From a virus (lineage: Duplodnaviria > Caudoviricetes), in IMG/VR virus record IMGVR_UViG_3300025154_001315, positions 1-60,321 of that record: DNA of 60,321 nt. One strand, 5' to 3'. Numbering within the stretch: position 1 is the stretch's first letter; each line of letters starts with the position of its first letter. The position numbers and the translations under genes were made by a program. The notes under the pieces are model-generated. The model was not told the DNA's origin. It did no database searches and saw only the letters and a program-made list of their open reading frames with translations. Positions 26,246-36,442 of this stretch are shown one piece after another.

Positions 26246-28042
26246 ATGCCCTTCAAGAATCCCGAGGCGAAGAGCCAGAGCGACAAGAGCTACTACCAGG
26301 ACCACAAGTTCACGGTCCTGGGCGAGAATTCCGCCTTCTTCAACCTGCGCTCCCCCACAGGGCAGACGGTGCGGGTGGCCAAGGCGGGGTTGAGTCCCAC
26401 CACCCTGGAGCGCATCCGGGGCTTCAACCCGCCGCAGAAGATGGCGGGGGGCGGAGAGGTGGAGGAACAGGCCGAGCAGACGAGTCCGCTACTCGACGAG
26501 CCCGGGGAAGGTGAGACGTTCGACCCATCCGCAGGCAGCCCTGAGCTCGGCGTATTCGATTACATCGCTCCCGCTGGCGAGGGCAAGGCCCCTGTGGGCC
26601 CCCTGACCCCCAAGATCGCCCAGGCGGCGAGCGCAGTCGCAGACATTGTCGCGCCGAAGCAGACGGTTCCGTTCGACCAGTCCATTCCGGATGCGTCCTC
26701 CGCGCAAGGCAAGACGGCTCCCGGCCTGACTCCGTTCATGCCGGTGGACAAGTTCATGGCGGAGTCGGACAAGCTGCCCGGCGTGCTGCCGGAGCCGCCA
26801 CCGCCCCCCGAGGACGACGAGGCGATGAACGATTTCACGCTCAGGTTGAAGAACCTGATGCGCGACGCAGCCAGCGCGTCCTACGTCGGGCGCCCCAACA
26901 TGCCCGAGTTCCCGGAGCTGAGCTTCGACGGGCTGGCCGACATGAAGACGCAGGAGAAGCTCCTGGGCGTGGCGGGGGCGCTGGCCAAGGAGCGCGAGGC
27001 CGCCGCCCTGGAGAACTACCTGGGCAAGAAGAACGAGCTGGGCGCCAAGCAACAGGAAGAGCTCGCCAAGCGCAACGCCGCCACCGCCGAGAAGATGAAG
27101 GACATCGAGAACACGCGCATCAACCCCAATCAGTTCTGGGAGTCGAAGAGCAACGGGGACCGCGCCGTGTCGCTCATCAGCATCATCCTGGGCGGGCTGG
27201 GCGCGGGGCTCCAGCGGTCCAACACGAACCAAGTGCTCCAACTCCTGGAGAAGTCCGTGGAGCAGGACGTCGAGGCGCAGAAGGCCAACCTGGGCAAGAA
27301 GCAGAACGCCCTCAGCATGTACATGGCCGAGACGCGTGACATCAAGGAGGCGCAGAAGCTTGCCGCCGCCGACCTGTACGACGTGGTGGCTACGCAGATG
27401 AAGATTGCCGCCGCCAAGTCCGGCAGCGAGCAGGCGCTCATCCTGGGCAACCAAGCCGCCGCGAAACTCCAGTGGCAGGCGACGCAGTATCGTCAGGGCT
27501 ACCTCCTGCAGAAGTATGGCGGCGAGATGGACAAGGCCAAGATGGAGCTTCAGCGCAACGTCGCCAACGCGAACATGCAGGCCCAAGCGGTGAAGGCCAA
27601 GCTCAAGCAGTACAACGACGCCCGTGCCCTCATGGTCACCGGGCCGGGCGGCAAGCGGTATGTCGCCAAGTCGCCCACCGACTACAAGGCGGCGCAGGAG
27701 AAGATGGTAGGCTGGCAGACCGTGATGGGTCCGCTCAGGGAGTTGAGGGGGCTGTATGCCAAGGATAAGATGGGCATCTGGAACCTGCTCTCCGACAAGG
27801 CAGCGCAGGCGGAGGTCTACCAGAAGATCCTCACGCAGACCATCGCCCGCGCCAACGAGCGCGGCGTGCTGTCTGACAAGGACCGCAAGTTCTACACCGA
27901 CCTCGTTGGCACGCCCATCGGCCTGAAGCCCAACTCCAGTCAGTACGGGGCGCGGCTCTCCGCACTGAGCGACGTCCTGGACAACGCCGTGATGTCAGCG
28001 CTGTCCGTCCACACCGAACCGCTGGACACCGCGCTGCGCTAG
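26246..28042 (+). CDS. Putative ejection protein
   Basis: Helical, Ala/Gln/Lys-rich, one hydrophobic Gly-rich segment. Confidence 0.55.
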   Translation: MPFKNPEAKSQSDKSYYQDHKFTVLGENSAFFNLRSPTGQTVRVAKAGLSPTTLERIRGFNPPQKMAGGGEVEEQAEQTSPLLDEPGEGETFDPSAGSPELGVFDYIAPAGEGKAPVGPLTPKIAQAASAVADIVAPKQTVPFDQSIPDASSAQGKTAPGLTPFMPVDKFMAESDKLPGVLPEPPPPPEDDEAMNDFTLRLKNLMRDAASASYVGRPNMPEFPELSFDGLADMKTQEKLLGVAGALAKEREAAALENYLGKKNELGAKQQEELAKRNAATAEKMKDIENTRINPNQFWESKSNGDRAVSLISIILGGLGAGLQRSNTNQVLQLLEKSVEQDVEAQKANLGKKQNALSMYMAETRDIKEAQKLAAADLYDVVATQMKIAAAKSGSEQALILGNQAAAKLQWQATQYRQGYLLQKYGGEMDKAKMELQRNVANANMQAQAVKAKLKQYNDARALMVTGPGGKRYVAKSPTDYKAAQEKMVGWQTVMGPLRELRGLYAKDKMGIWNLLSDKAAQAEVYQKILTQTIARANERGVLSDKDRKFYTDLVGTPIGLKPNSSQYGARLSALSDVLDNAVMSALSVHTEPLDTALR

Positions 28043-28051
28043 GGGACTTCG

Positions 28052-31000
28052 ATGCCCGAGAACTCGAAGTACATGGTGGACAGCAGCGGCGGCATCCGTC
28101 AGGTGCCTGCCGCTGAAGTAGCAACCAAGCTGAACACCGGCTGGCTTCCCGCCAGTCCCGAGCAGATCAAGCAGGCCGAGCGCGACGAGCGAATGAACGT
28201 TGGCGAAGCCGTGGCGGCGGGGGCCTTGGCGGCGACGCGCACCGCCACGATGGGTCTCAGCGACTTGGCTTACACCGAGTCTGGCCTGTTGGATGCGGAG
28301 CAGATCACCGACGTCAAGGAAGCCTACCCCGTCGCCAGCGGAGTAGGCACGGCGGCCGGCATCCTTGTCCCACTGGCGGTCTCCGGCGGGTCCAGCGCGC
28401 TCGCGCAGGGCGCGAAGGGCGGAGTGCAGGCCGCCGCCCGCGCGACCATGCCCGCAGTGGCCAACCGCCTTGGCCGAGCGGTGGAGTCCAAGGTGGCGGG
28501 GGCGCTGGCGCGGGACGGCCTGGGGCTGGCCGAGCGCGTGGCGGCCAAGGCCGTGAGCGCCGGAGCCGGGAACGCCGTGGAGGGCGCGTTCTACGGCATG
28601 GGCAACGTGGTCAGCGAGTACGCCCTGGGCGACCCGAACTTGACAGCCGAGTCTGCCGCTGCTGAGGTCGGCTTCTCGGCGCTCATGGGGGCTGGGGTCG
28701 GAGGCGCGCTGGGAGCTGCCGGCGAGACCCTGCCCGCCGCGCTGGGCATCGCCGGGCGCAAGGTGCGGAGCGTGAAGGACTATCTGGTGGAGAAGTACCC
28801 CGCCACCGCCGCCAAGCTGACCGGTCACAGCGAGGATAAGGTCCGATTCCTGCTGGAGAACCGGCACCTGAAGAACGCGCCCGAGGAGTGGCGCAAGGTC
28901 GAGGAGAGCTTCATCCGCAGCATGGACGACACGACCCTGGCGGACTCGCAGTACATCCGCGCCCACGACGACCTCGCGCCGCTGGCCCGCGAGGAGCTCG
29001 CGGCCACTCTGCCCCAGGAGCGCGCTCACGCCGCGCGCGAGGAGCTGCTGGCTCAGGCTGAGGACATGCTGGCGGCCATGCGCGCCGATCCGCTGAACTT
29101 CGAACACTACGACTACAGCAAGATTCTCAAGAACATCGAGAACTACAAGAACACCACCGGCCCCGAGACGGCGAGCCTCCAGCGCAGGCTGGCGGGCCTG
29201 CACGAGCGGTGGATGCGCGACCCCGCCGCCTACCTCGACCCCGAGCCCTTGGCTCAGCCCGCCGACACGCTGGCCCAGGCCCTGAGCGCCGTGGACGAGC
29301 TGCCGGTGCCGCAGGCCGCTGACCTCGCCAAGAAGGCGGAGATCCGAGCGGCGGTGGAGGCGGAACGGGCAGCTCAGGCCCGCGCCCTGGACCCGAGCAC
29401 GAAGGACGCAGCCCAGGAAGCCGCCATCCGCGCCGCCAAGGACGCCGCGCTCCAGACCAGCCCCCAAGCCATCCGCGCTGCGAAGATCGCGGCGATGGCG
29501 GCCAAGTACGAAAAGGGCTCCCCGCCCATCATCGGCAAGGAGACGGCGGGGCGCTTGGCCAAGGAGTACGCCGCTGCCCAGGCCATGCCGAGCAGCAACG
29601 TCGTCGAGAAGATCACGCGCGACGAAGCCCTCAAGTCCCTGGAGAAGCGAGCCGCCAAGGAGGCCTTCGAGGAGGCGAAGCGGCTGGGGCTGGACTTGCC
29701 GGGGCGCGGAGAGGCCAGCCAGACGGCTGTTCACCTGCTGAAGAACCCGAAGGACACGGCCCTGTCCGCAGCAGATGCCAATATTCTCCGGTCAGAAGGC
29801 GCGTGGGCCAAGGAAGAGCCGAACTATCTGTTCTCGGCCTTCAAGGACACGGTCAAGGATTTGGAGGCGTTGTTCAGGAAGGCGAAGAAAAAGGCCTCCA
29901 GTGGAGTGGGCAAAGGCACCGCCAGAAGCGACAACAACCTCGCCTCCACGTCCATCGCCGACCGAGCAGTCGCGCTGCAAGAGTTCCTCAACAAGGACAT
30001 GCAGCGCATCCGCGACGCCACGCCGGAACAGTGGCCCACGCTGGAGAAGGAGTTCAAGAAGTTCTACGCTGACGCTGAGGAGCTGATGACTCCGGCAGGC
30101 GGCAAGGGCGGCAACGTGGCGGAGGTGCGAGAGCCCGTGCTCAAGGCTCTGCGCCGTATGCGCGACGTGGAAGCGCCCCCTAAGCCCGCCCAGGCCCCTG
30201 CCAAAGCCGCTCGAGAGGCCCTCGAAGCGCCCCCGGCCGCCCCTGCGCCCACCCCAGCCCCGCCCCAGGCGGTTGCTCAGGAGGCCGTTCAGGAGGCCCT
30301 GCCGCCCGCGCCCCCCATGCTGCACCCCAAGGCAGCGGCGGCCCTGGACCGCGTGGAGGCGACCCGCGCCGCGCTGGAGACCGCTACGCACCAGGACCTC
30401 CCGGCGCTCCGCAAGGCGCTGCGTGAGGCAGCGGAGAGCTTGGAGGCCGAGCTGCCCCAGCACGCCGCCCAGCTCCGCAAGATGGACAAGCTGTTCGGCT
30501 CCGCCGCCCGCGCCCCGGCGGAGATCCTGCACAAGACCACGCAACTCCGCAACAACCTCGTGGACCTGCTGCCCGAGGACGGCCGGCTCATCCGCGGTTC
30601 GAAGGAGAACGTCTACAAGAAGGCCAAGGAGCTGGCCGACGATCTCAGCCGCGCGCTGCACGACCCCAACCGCTGGGGCACCGCCGCCAGCGGAGTGGAG
30701 CGGATGGAGACGGCCAGGGTCCTGCTGGAGAAGGCGCGGAAGAACCTCGTCGACGGCGAGGCCAAGCTGCTCCGCCCCGCCCGTCACGGCTACGCGGTGG
30801 ACGTGCCCAAGGTGCGCGCCTTCTTCAAGGAGTTCGACACCCCCGCCGGCGAGCGCCGCCGCCAAGCCCTGAGCAACTACCTGGAGGCCGGCGCCCGCTA
30901 CGCCGACGAGTTCAACGCGACCTACAGCACCCTCAAGCCCAAGGACCTGAATGCTGAGGCGCTGAAGTCTCTGGTCAGCAAGACCGGCGACGCGGCGCAG

Positions 31001-31957
31001 CAGATGCGAAAGCAGGGCCTCCTGGAGCAGTACACCAAGGAGCTCGCCCCGGAGCCGGGTGGTCTGAACGCTGCCTTGCTGAAGCCCGCGCTCGGCGGCT
31101 ACGCTTTCGGCGGTACGGGCGCGGCGCTCGGCGCGCTGCACGGAGCTTATGGGCTGAGCAAGAACGTCCCCGCCGCCGTGGCTGCGCTGGCCAACCTGGA
31201 ACGCGCGGCCAAGGCCGTGTCCAACCGAATGGACAACGCCGTGAGCACGCTGGTCCGTCACGGCGTCAAGGCGTGGAAGGTGGGGCGCGGCGAGGCGGCG
31301 GCGGGGCTGGGCAGCATCTTCGCCAAGCCCTACGAGAAGTCGGAGAAGAGCTACTCCAAGCACTCCGCTGAGATGAACCGGCTGGCGCAGGATCCGCAGG
31401 CGCTGGCGGATACGCTGGCCCGCCAGACCGGCAGCTTGACTCAGCACGCCCCCGACACTGCCCTGGCGATGCAGCAGACCACGGTGCGTGGCGTGATGTA
31501 CCTCGCCAGCCTCGCCAGGAAGATGGGCGCGGGCGGCGCGCTGGCGGCGGAGTGGCGTCCCAGCCGCACCGACATCATACTCTACAACCGCGCGGCGGAG
31601 GTGGTGGAGAACCCGGAGGTGGTGATCAAGCAGGCGGCGGCCGGGACCTTGACCGTAGAGGCAGTGCAGGCGCTCAAGGCCGTGTACCCCACCTACCACT
31701 TGGAGCTGACCCGTCGCATCTACTGGATGCTGGCGGAGCTGAAGACTCCGCCGGACTTGCAGACCCGGAATATGCTGGGGATGTTGCTGGAGCAGGACCT
31801 GGATGGGACCAGCGCACCCCAGGTATTGCTGTCGAATCAGGCAGCGTATACCATGCCTGACAGGAAGGACAACGCACGGCCTTCGCAGCGCAGTGGAGTC
31901 ACCGTGTCCGACCGCGCGCTCACCGCAACGCAGCAGACCGAAAAGGAGCAGCCATGA
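28052..31957 (+). CDS. Large putative ejection (internal virion) protein
   Basis: 1301 aa, helical, Ala/Gly-rich N-terminus. Confidence 0.6.
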   Translation: MPENSKYMVDSSGGIRQVPAAEVATKLNTGWLPASPEQIKQAERDERMNVGEAVAAGALAATRTATMGLSDLAYTESGLLDAEQITDVKEAYPVASGVGTAAGILVPLAVSGGSSALAQGAKGGVQAAARATMPAVANRLGRAVESKVAGALARDGLGLAERVAAKAVSAGAGNAVEGAFYGMGNVVSEYALGDPNLTAESAAAEVGFSALMGAGVGGALGAAGETLPAALGIAGRKVRSVKDYLVEKYPATAAKLTGHSEDKVRFLLENRHLKNAPEEWRKVEESFIRSMDDTTLADSQYIRAHDDLAPLAREELAATLPQERAHAAREELLAQAEDMLAAMRADPLNFEHYDYSKILKNIENYKNTTGPETASLQRRLAGLHERWMRDPAAYLDPEPLAQPADTLAQALSAVDELPVPQAADLAKKAEIRAAVEAERAAQARALDPSTKDAAQEAAIRAAKDAALQTSPQAIRAAKIAAMAAKYEKGSPPIIGKETAGRLAKEYAAAQAMPSSNVVEKITRDEALKSLEKRAAKEAFEEAKRLGLDLPGRGEASQTAVHLLKNPKDTALSAADANILRSEGAWAKEEPNYLFSAFKDTVKDLEALFRKAKKKASSGVGKGTARSDNNLASTSIADRAVALQEFLNKDMQRIRDATPEQWPTLEKEFKKFYADAEELMTPAGGKGGNVAEVREPVLKALRRMRDVEAPPKPAQAPAKAAREALEAPPAAPAPTPAPPQAVAQEAVQEALPPAPPMLHPKAAAALDRVEATRAALETATHQDLPALRKALREAAESLEAELPQHAAQLRKMDKLFGSAARAPAEILHKTTQLRNNLVDLLPEDGRLIRGSKENVYKKAKELADDLSRALHDPNRWGTAASGVERMETARVLLEKARKNLVDGEAKLLRPARHGYAVDVPKVRAFFKEFDTPAGERRRQALSNYLEAGARYADEFNATYSTLKPKDLNAEALKSLVSKTGDAAQQMRKQGLLEQYTKELAPEPGGLNAALLKPALGGYAFGGTGAALGALHGAYGLSKNVPAAVAALANLERAAKAVSNRMDNAVSTLVRHGVKAWKVGRGEAAAGLGSIFAKPYEKSEKSYSKHSAEMNRLAQDPQALADTLARQTGSLTQHAPDTALAMQQTTVRGVMYLASLARKMGAGGALAAEWRPSRTDIILYNRAAEVVENPEVVIKQAAAGTLTVEAVQALKAVYPTYHLELTRRIYWMLAELKTPPDLQTRNMLGMLLEQDLDGTSAPQVLLSNQAAYTMPDRKDNARPSQRSGVTVSDRALTATQQTEKEQP

Positions 31958-32547
31958 AGAAGCTGACCAAGATGCAGAAGTTGCTTGCCGTGCTGGTGGC
32001 CGTCTTGGTCCCCGGCAGCGTCATCGCCGGGAGCATTAGCCTCACCACCCCCAGCGGGCAGCAGAAGCCGCTGCGCGGCGACGAGCACGGCGCGGCCTAC
32101 ACCACGCTCAACACGCGCGCCGCCGATGGCGGCGCGCTGCCCCCGCAGCAGGTGACGCCCGTCAGCCCCGACGGCGGCGCCCCTGCCTTCCGCGAGTCTC
32201 CGTACATCTCCACCACCGAGGGATGTATGCAGGTAGAGTGCAGCCTCGTCGGCGACGCCGGCGTCGTGCGCGGCGTCATCCCGGTGGATGGGGGCACCTA
32301 CTACCCGCAGGCCGGTGTTCGGTATGTGGCCGTCACCACCTCCGCCACTGGAGTTCGCGTTCACAACCAAGCCTGCAACTCCTACTTGAGCGGCGCCGGG
32401 CTGCTCCTCAATGAGGGCCTGACACTCGGCTTCTACGGCCCCAAGAACCCCGACGGTGGCGTCGGCGACCTCGCGATGCACTGCTGCTCTCTGGCCGCGA
32501 GCAGCGCCAGCGCCCCAGCCCTGTTCCAGCTCTGCCCGGAGCCGTAA
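31954..32547 (+). CDS. Signal-peptide-bearing protein
   Basis: MKKLTKMQKLLAVLVAVLVPGSVIA-G; several Cys. Confidence 0.7.
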   Translation: MKKLTKMQKLLAVLVAVLVPGSVIAGSISLTTPSGQQKPLRGDEHGAAYTTLNTRAADGGALPPQQVTPVSPDGGAPAFRESPYISTTEGCMQVECSLVGDAGVVRGVIPVDGGTYYPQAGVRYVAVTTSATGVRVHNQACNSYLSGAGLLLNEGLTLGFYGPKNPDGGVGDLAMHCCSLAASSASAPALFQLCPEP

Positions 32548-32548
32548 G

Positions 32549-34420
32549 ATGCGCTACTTGATTCTCCTCTGCGCGCTCTCGCTGCTCGCGCCGTCGCGCG
32601 GTGCGGCTCAGTCGCTCGACCTCGGGCTGTCGCTTGGCGGCGGGGCGCGGGTGAGCACGTATAGCGGAGCCGTCGACTGGAGCCGCTCGTGGAGCGCGGA
32701 CTGGCCGAGCGGGATTCCGGCGCCGACGATTGAGTGCGAGGCGGACGCGGACTCGTTCGACTGCACTGGCGCGACGGCGAGCGTCGTCGGGGCGCCCACC
32801 TACGTCACGGCGGCTGGATACCCGGAGCGGTGGGCAGCGCGATTGAACGGGACGACGGACTACTACACACTGGGGGACATTGGCGACCCGTGGACCGATT
32901 ATTCAATCTGCATCCAGTTCAATACGTTGGCTGTTGCAGCAAATCGCCGGATTGTGACCAAGGGGGGGGCGGGTGGCGATGCGCTCATTCTGCGTGTCGA
33001 AAACAGCGGTGTCTTGAAGTTCTACGCATTCAGCGCGGTGTCGAACTCTAGCATCAGCTCGGCTGCGCTGTCCGTTGGGGTATGGAACACAGCCTGCGTC
33101 AGCTACGATTATGTTGCAAACGGCACCAGCATCATGCGGATGAATTTGAACGGCGTGGAATCGACGCCCGTCACCAACGCAGTTGGCCCTGCTCCAGATG
33201 TTGCAGAGCCCCTGAAGGTCGGCGCAGCTGGCGGCGTGATCGGTGAATACTTCAGCGGGGACGTGCTGAGTGTGCGCGTCTGGTACAACGCGCTATCCGC
33301 GTCGGAGCAGGCGCTGTGGGTCGCCAGCCAGCAAGCCCGCCTCGCGGCCAAGCCGGTGAACGCGCTGGTCACGGTGTCCAGCGGCGCCACCACGGCAATC
33401 GGCACGAGCGGGACCATGTACTCGCTGCCGGCGAACTCCCTCGCGTGCGGCGCGGCCGGGTGCGAAATCTGGAGCGCGGCGGCGCATTCCAATCTGCTCA
33501 CCAACTCCGAGAGCGGGAACGCCGGAGCCACAACCGTGAACTACGAGGCCGGCCCACAGGGCGGTTCGCCTACCGCCGAGCGGTTCACCATGAACACGAA
33601 TGTGGAAACCGTCTGGCAGTCCTCTGTGGCGGCCGGAACGACGCTAGCAAACAAGATGTTTTACTTGTCAGTCTGGCTCAAGGCAGTTTCAACACCGTGT
33701 TCTGCATATTTCGGAGCCACTGACACAAACGCCTGGACCGCCGGGCAGGCAGTTCAACAGGCGTGCTCAATCGGAACGACATGGGGGCGGTGCCTGATTC
33801 CTGTGGTGTACGGATCTGGTGCGCTTGGTTCCACGGCAGGCGTCGTGGGTCCCAGCACGAAGGGCAGACTGGGCAATCCTGATCTACCCGCCTGCGACCT
33901 TTCTGCGGTCAACATCAAGTTTGAGTTGTCCCCTGTCGCAGGCCCCTACGTCGCGACTGCCGGGACGCCGGTGGCCGGGGCGGCGGATTCGTCTTACACC
34001 GACGACACGACTGGCAAGATCACCGATGCGCGCGGGTGCGTGGCCGCCGAGTTCACGGTCAACGCATGGACGGCTAACGCACGTGCGGTCGGCTTCAACG
34101 GGGCGGCGGTTCCCGGCCTCAGCATCAACGCCACCAACAGTTTCAGCCTGTGGGATGGCACTGCGCCCGTAGTCCTCAACTCCGTGTCCTGCCCCGGCAG
34201 CGTCTGCCGTGTACTCGCGTGGTGGAGCGGGTCCGCGATGGGCCTGCTGGACCTCAACGGAGGCGGCTCGTCGTCTGGAGCCTATGACGGCACCATGTTT
34301 ACCGGCACGCCGCGCCTGTTCCAAGCTTCGCAGAGCGGCACAGCCAATCACCTGAACGGCCCATTCAAGCGCCTCGTGTGGGGCCGCACCTTGAGCGAGT
34401 GCCGGAGGATGCCGCAATGA
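32549..34420 (+). CDS. LamG/concanavalin-like putative receptor-binding protein with a signal peptide
   Basis: MRYLILLCALSLLAPSRGAA-Q; LNGTTDY..FSGDVLSVRVWYNALS LamG-type motif; atypical codon usage. Confidence 0.75.
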   Translation: MRYLILLCALSLLAPSRGAAQSLDLGLSLGGGARVSTYSGAVDWSRSWSADWPSGIPAPTIECEADADSFDCTGATASVVGAPTYVTAAGYPERWAARLNGTTDYYTLGDIGDPWTDYSICIQFNTLAVAANRRIVTKGGAGGDALILRVENSGVLKFYAFSAVSNSSISSAALSVGVWNTACVSYDYVANGTSIMRMNLNGVESTPVTNAVGPAPDVAEPLKVGAAGGVIGEYFSGDVLSVRVWYNALSASEQALWVASQQARLAAKPVNALVTVSSGATTAIGTSGTMYSLPANSLACGAAGCEIWSAAAHSNLLTNSESGNAGATTVNYEAGPQGGSPTAERFTMNTNVETVWQSSVAAGTTLANKMFYLSVWLKAVSTPCSAYFGATDTNAWTAGQAVQQACSIGTTWGRCLIPVVYGSGALGSTAGVVGPSTKGRLGNPDLPACDLSAVNIKFELSPVAGPYVATAGTPVAGAADSSYTDDTTGKITDARGCVAAEFTVNAWTANARAVGFNGAAVPGLSINATNSFSLWDGTAPVVLNSVSCPGSVCRVLAWWSGSAMGLLDLNGGGSSSGAYDGTMFTGTPRLFQASQSGTANHLNGPFKRLVWGRTLSECRRMPQ

Positions 34421-34923
34421 GCCCCAAGATCCTCGGCGTCCTCGCCATCGTCGCAGCAGGCGCAGGCGTCGCGCTCAGCGCGGGCGAAGCGGTGGACGTG
34501 GACGCGGTGGCCACGGCAGAGGACGGCAGCAAGAGCGTCGTGACCGTGCGCTGCAAGGCGGGCGCGAAGGCCGAGGAGATGGACTGCGGCGACCTCCCGG
34601 CGAACGTGGAGCCGGTGGCGCTGACCGCGAGCGCGCCCTACGTCACGCTCTCGGCTGCGGGCACGAAGGAGGCGCGCGAGCAGCCTTGCGCGTGCGGGCC
34701 GGTGGACGGCAAGCGGGTCTGCACCGTCCTCGACGCCGAGGGTGAGCGGCCAGCGCGCCCCGGCGAGCACCTCGCGGCCGGGACGTGGCAGGGCGCGTGC
34801 GCGCCTAAGCCCTGCTTCGAGCATGCCGCCGTCATCGCCCAGCGCGGCCTCGGCTACGCGCAGCCCGTCGCGTGCGGCGGCAGGGCGGCGAAGGAAGCAG
34901 CAGAGATAGGAGGAGCACCATGA
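34417..34923 (+). CDS. Cys-rich signal-peptide-bearing protein
   Basis: MSPKILGVLAIVAAGAGVALSA; 8 Cys. Confidence 0.7.
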   Translation: MSPKILGVLAIVAAGAGVALSAGEAVDVDAVATAEDGSKSVVTVRCKAGAKAEEMDCGDLPANVEPVALTASAPYVTLSAAGTKEAREQPCACGPVDGKRVCTVLDAEGERPARPGEHLAAGTWQGACAPKPCFEHAAVIAQRGLGYAQPVACGGRAAKEAAEIGGAP

Positions 34924-35177
34924 CGAAGAACGAAACCGCTACCTGGGTCCGCTGGTCCATCGGAGTTCTCGTCACGCTGGTCTTGGCCCTGGGTGGCTAC
35001 GCCCTGGCCCAAGACCGAAAGGTGACTACCCTGGAGGTCCAGCAGAAGTACACCGACCAGAAGGTGAGCGACGTGCTCCAGCGGGTGGAGGCGCTGCTCA
35101 ACAAGCAGGAACCGGTGATCGAAGCGATGAAGAGACACATCGCAATCGACGAGCGCGACTGGAAGGCTTCCAAGTGA
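34920..35177 (+). CDS. Single-TM coiled-coil protein (holin/antiholin-like)
   Basis: N-terminal TM segment; directly precedes the endolysin. Confidence 0.55.
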   Translation: MTKNETATWVRWSIGVLVTLVLALGGYALAQDRKVTTLEVQQKYTDQKVSDVLQRVEALLNKQEPVIEAMKRHIAIDERDWKASK

Positions 35178-35716
35178 AGTTCACCTCCCCAGTGGAGCCG
35201 ATGATCATCACCAGCTTCTTCGGCCCACGCCCCAAGCCCAACGGCCCCACGCACCCTGGCCTGGACTTCGCGGCGGTGCTGGGGCAGGCGGTGCGCGCCG
35301 TGCTCCCTGGGGTCGTGCTTCGCAGCTACTACAGCCCCAACCTCCGCCGCGTTCCCGTCTTCCTGCCGGAAGCAGGCCCCGACGGGCTCCCCATCCAAGC
35401 GATCAAGGACGGCAAGCCGGTCTTCAAGATGGAGAACTACCCCTGGCGCCCTGGCGACCCGAAGCCCGACGGCATGGGCTTCGGGGAAACGGTGCTGCTC
35501 CTCCACGAGGACGGGCGGCTCACGCGGTACGCCCACTTCAGCAAGCGTCTGGTCAGGGCCGGAGAGCGCGTCGCTCAGGGCCAGATACTCGGACAGGCCG
35601 GGACCTCCGGCTACAGCTTCGGAGTGCATCTGCACTTCGAACTCAGGGGCGATGGAGGGCGAAGCTACTTCGATCCCCTCCCCGAGTTCGCCCACCTCAA
35701 CCCCGCAGTCGTGTAG
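35174..35716 (+). CDS. M23-family peptidase, probable endolysin
   Basis: HPGLD (HxxxD), YAH, GTSG..GVHLHFE (HxH). Confidence 0.9.
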   Translation: MKFTSPVEPMIITSFFGPRPKPNGPTHPGLDFAAVLGQAVRAVLPGVVLRSYYSPNLRRVPVFLPEAGPDGLPIQAIKDGKPVFKMENYPWRPGDPKPDGMGFGETVLLLHEDGRLTRYAHFSKRLVRAGERVAQGQILGQAGTSGYSFGVHLHFELRGDGGRSYFDPLPEFAHLNPAVV

Positions 35717-35725
35717 GAGACCAAG

Positions 35726-36379
35726 ATGCCCGAGAACGAAAACCTGACGTTGGAGCAGAAGGTGGCCAAGCTGGAGCAGGCGTGGAACACCAGCCCGGAC
35801 ACCGTCATCCCCGCCAAGTACGCCAAGCTGGCGTGGATCATCTTCATGGTCCTGTCCATGCTCGTCGCCGGCTGGCAGAGCACCGCGATCCTCATCTGGG
35901 GGCAGGACAGCAAGTACGCCGCGATCTCCGCCATCTGGGTCGGCGTGGTCGCGGCCATCATCCGCTTCCTCACCACCAACAGCTTCGGCAACGCGGCCAA
36001 GCTGCTCGTCGTCGGGCTGCTCGGCCTCTCGGTGCTCGGCACCTCGGCGTGCGTCCACTGGAACAAGCCCAAGCTGGAGGCCGGGCTGAAGCAGTGTGCT
36101 GCCGGCTTCGTCGATGCTGAGGTCCAGGGCATCCTGCCCGACGTGCTGAAGGCCATCCAGGGGGACAAGGCGGACTGGCAGGCCCAGCTCGATCAGGTGC
36201 TGATGCGTGGTGGGATGGCCGCCATCTGCGCCCTGGGTGTCGTCATCAGCACGCTGGAGAGCGGCACGGGGGGCACGGCGGGCGCCATGCCCCTGGTGAT
36301 GCAGCCCCCGGAGGCCGGGGGTCTGCCCAGGGCGGTGGTCCTGCTCCGGGCCTACAGCTATGTGGAGAGCAGGCAGTAG
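35726..36379 (+). CDS. Membrane lysis protein: two TM segments plus a lipoprotein-signal-like segment
   Basis: Two hydrophobic helices, then AKLLVVGLLGLSVLGTSA-C. Confidence 0.55.
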   Translation: MPENENLTLEQKVAKLEQAWNTSPDTVIPAKYAKLAWIIFMVLSMLVAGWQSTAILIWGQDSKYAAISAIWVGVVAAIIRFLTTNSFGNAAKLLVVGLLGLSVLGTSACVHWNKPKLEAGLKQCAAGFVDAEVQGILPDVLKAIQGDKADWQAQLDQVLMRGGMAAICALGVVISTLESGTGGTAGAMPLVMQPPEAGGLPRAVVLLRAYSYVESRQ

Positions 36380-36402
36380 CGCGGGCCGGTTTCGCGCTCG
36401 GT

Positions 36403-36442
36403 GGGGGGCTTGGCGGCTCGGCGCCAAGCCCCCTGCTTTTTA
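36403..36442 (+). terminator. Terminator at the end of the late operon
   Basis: GGGGGCTTGGCG..CGCCAAGCCCCC followed by TGCTTTTT. Confidence 0.75.
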
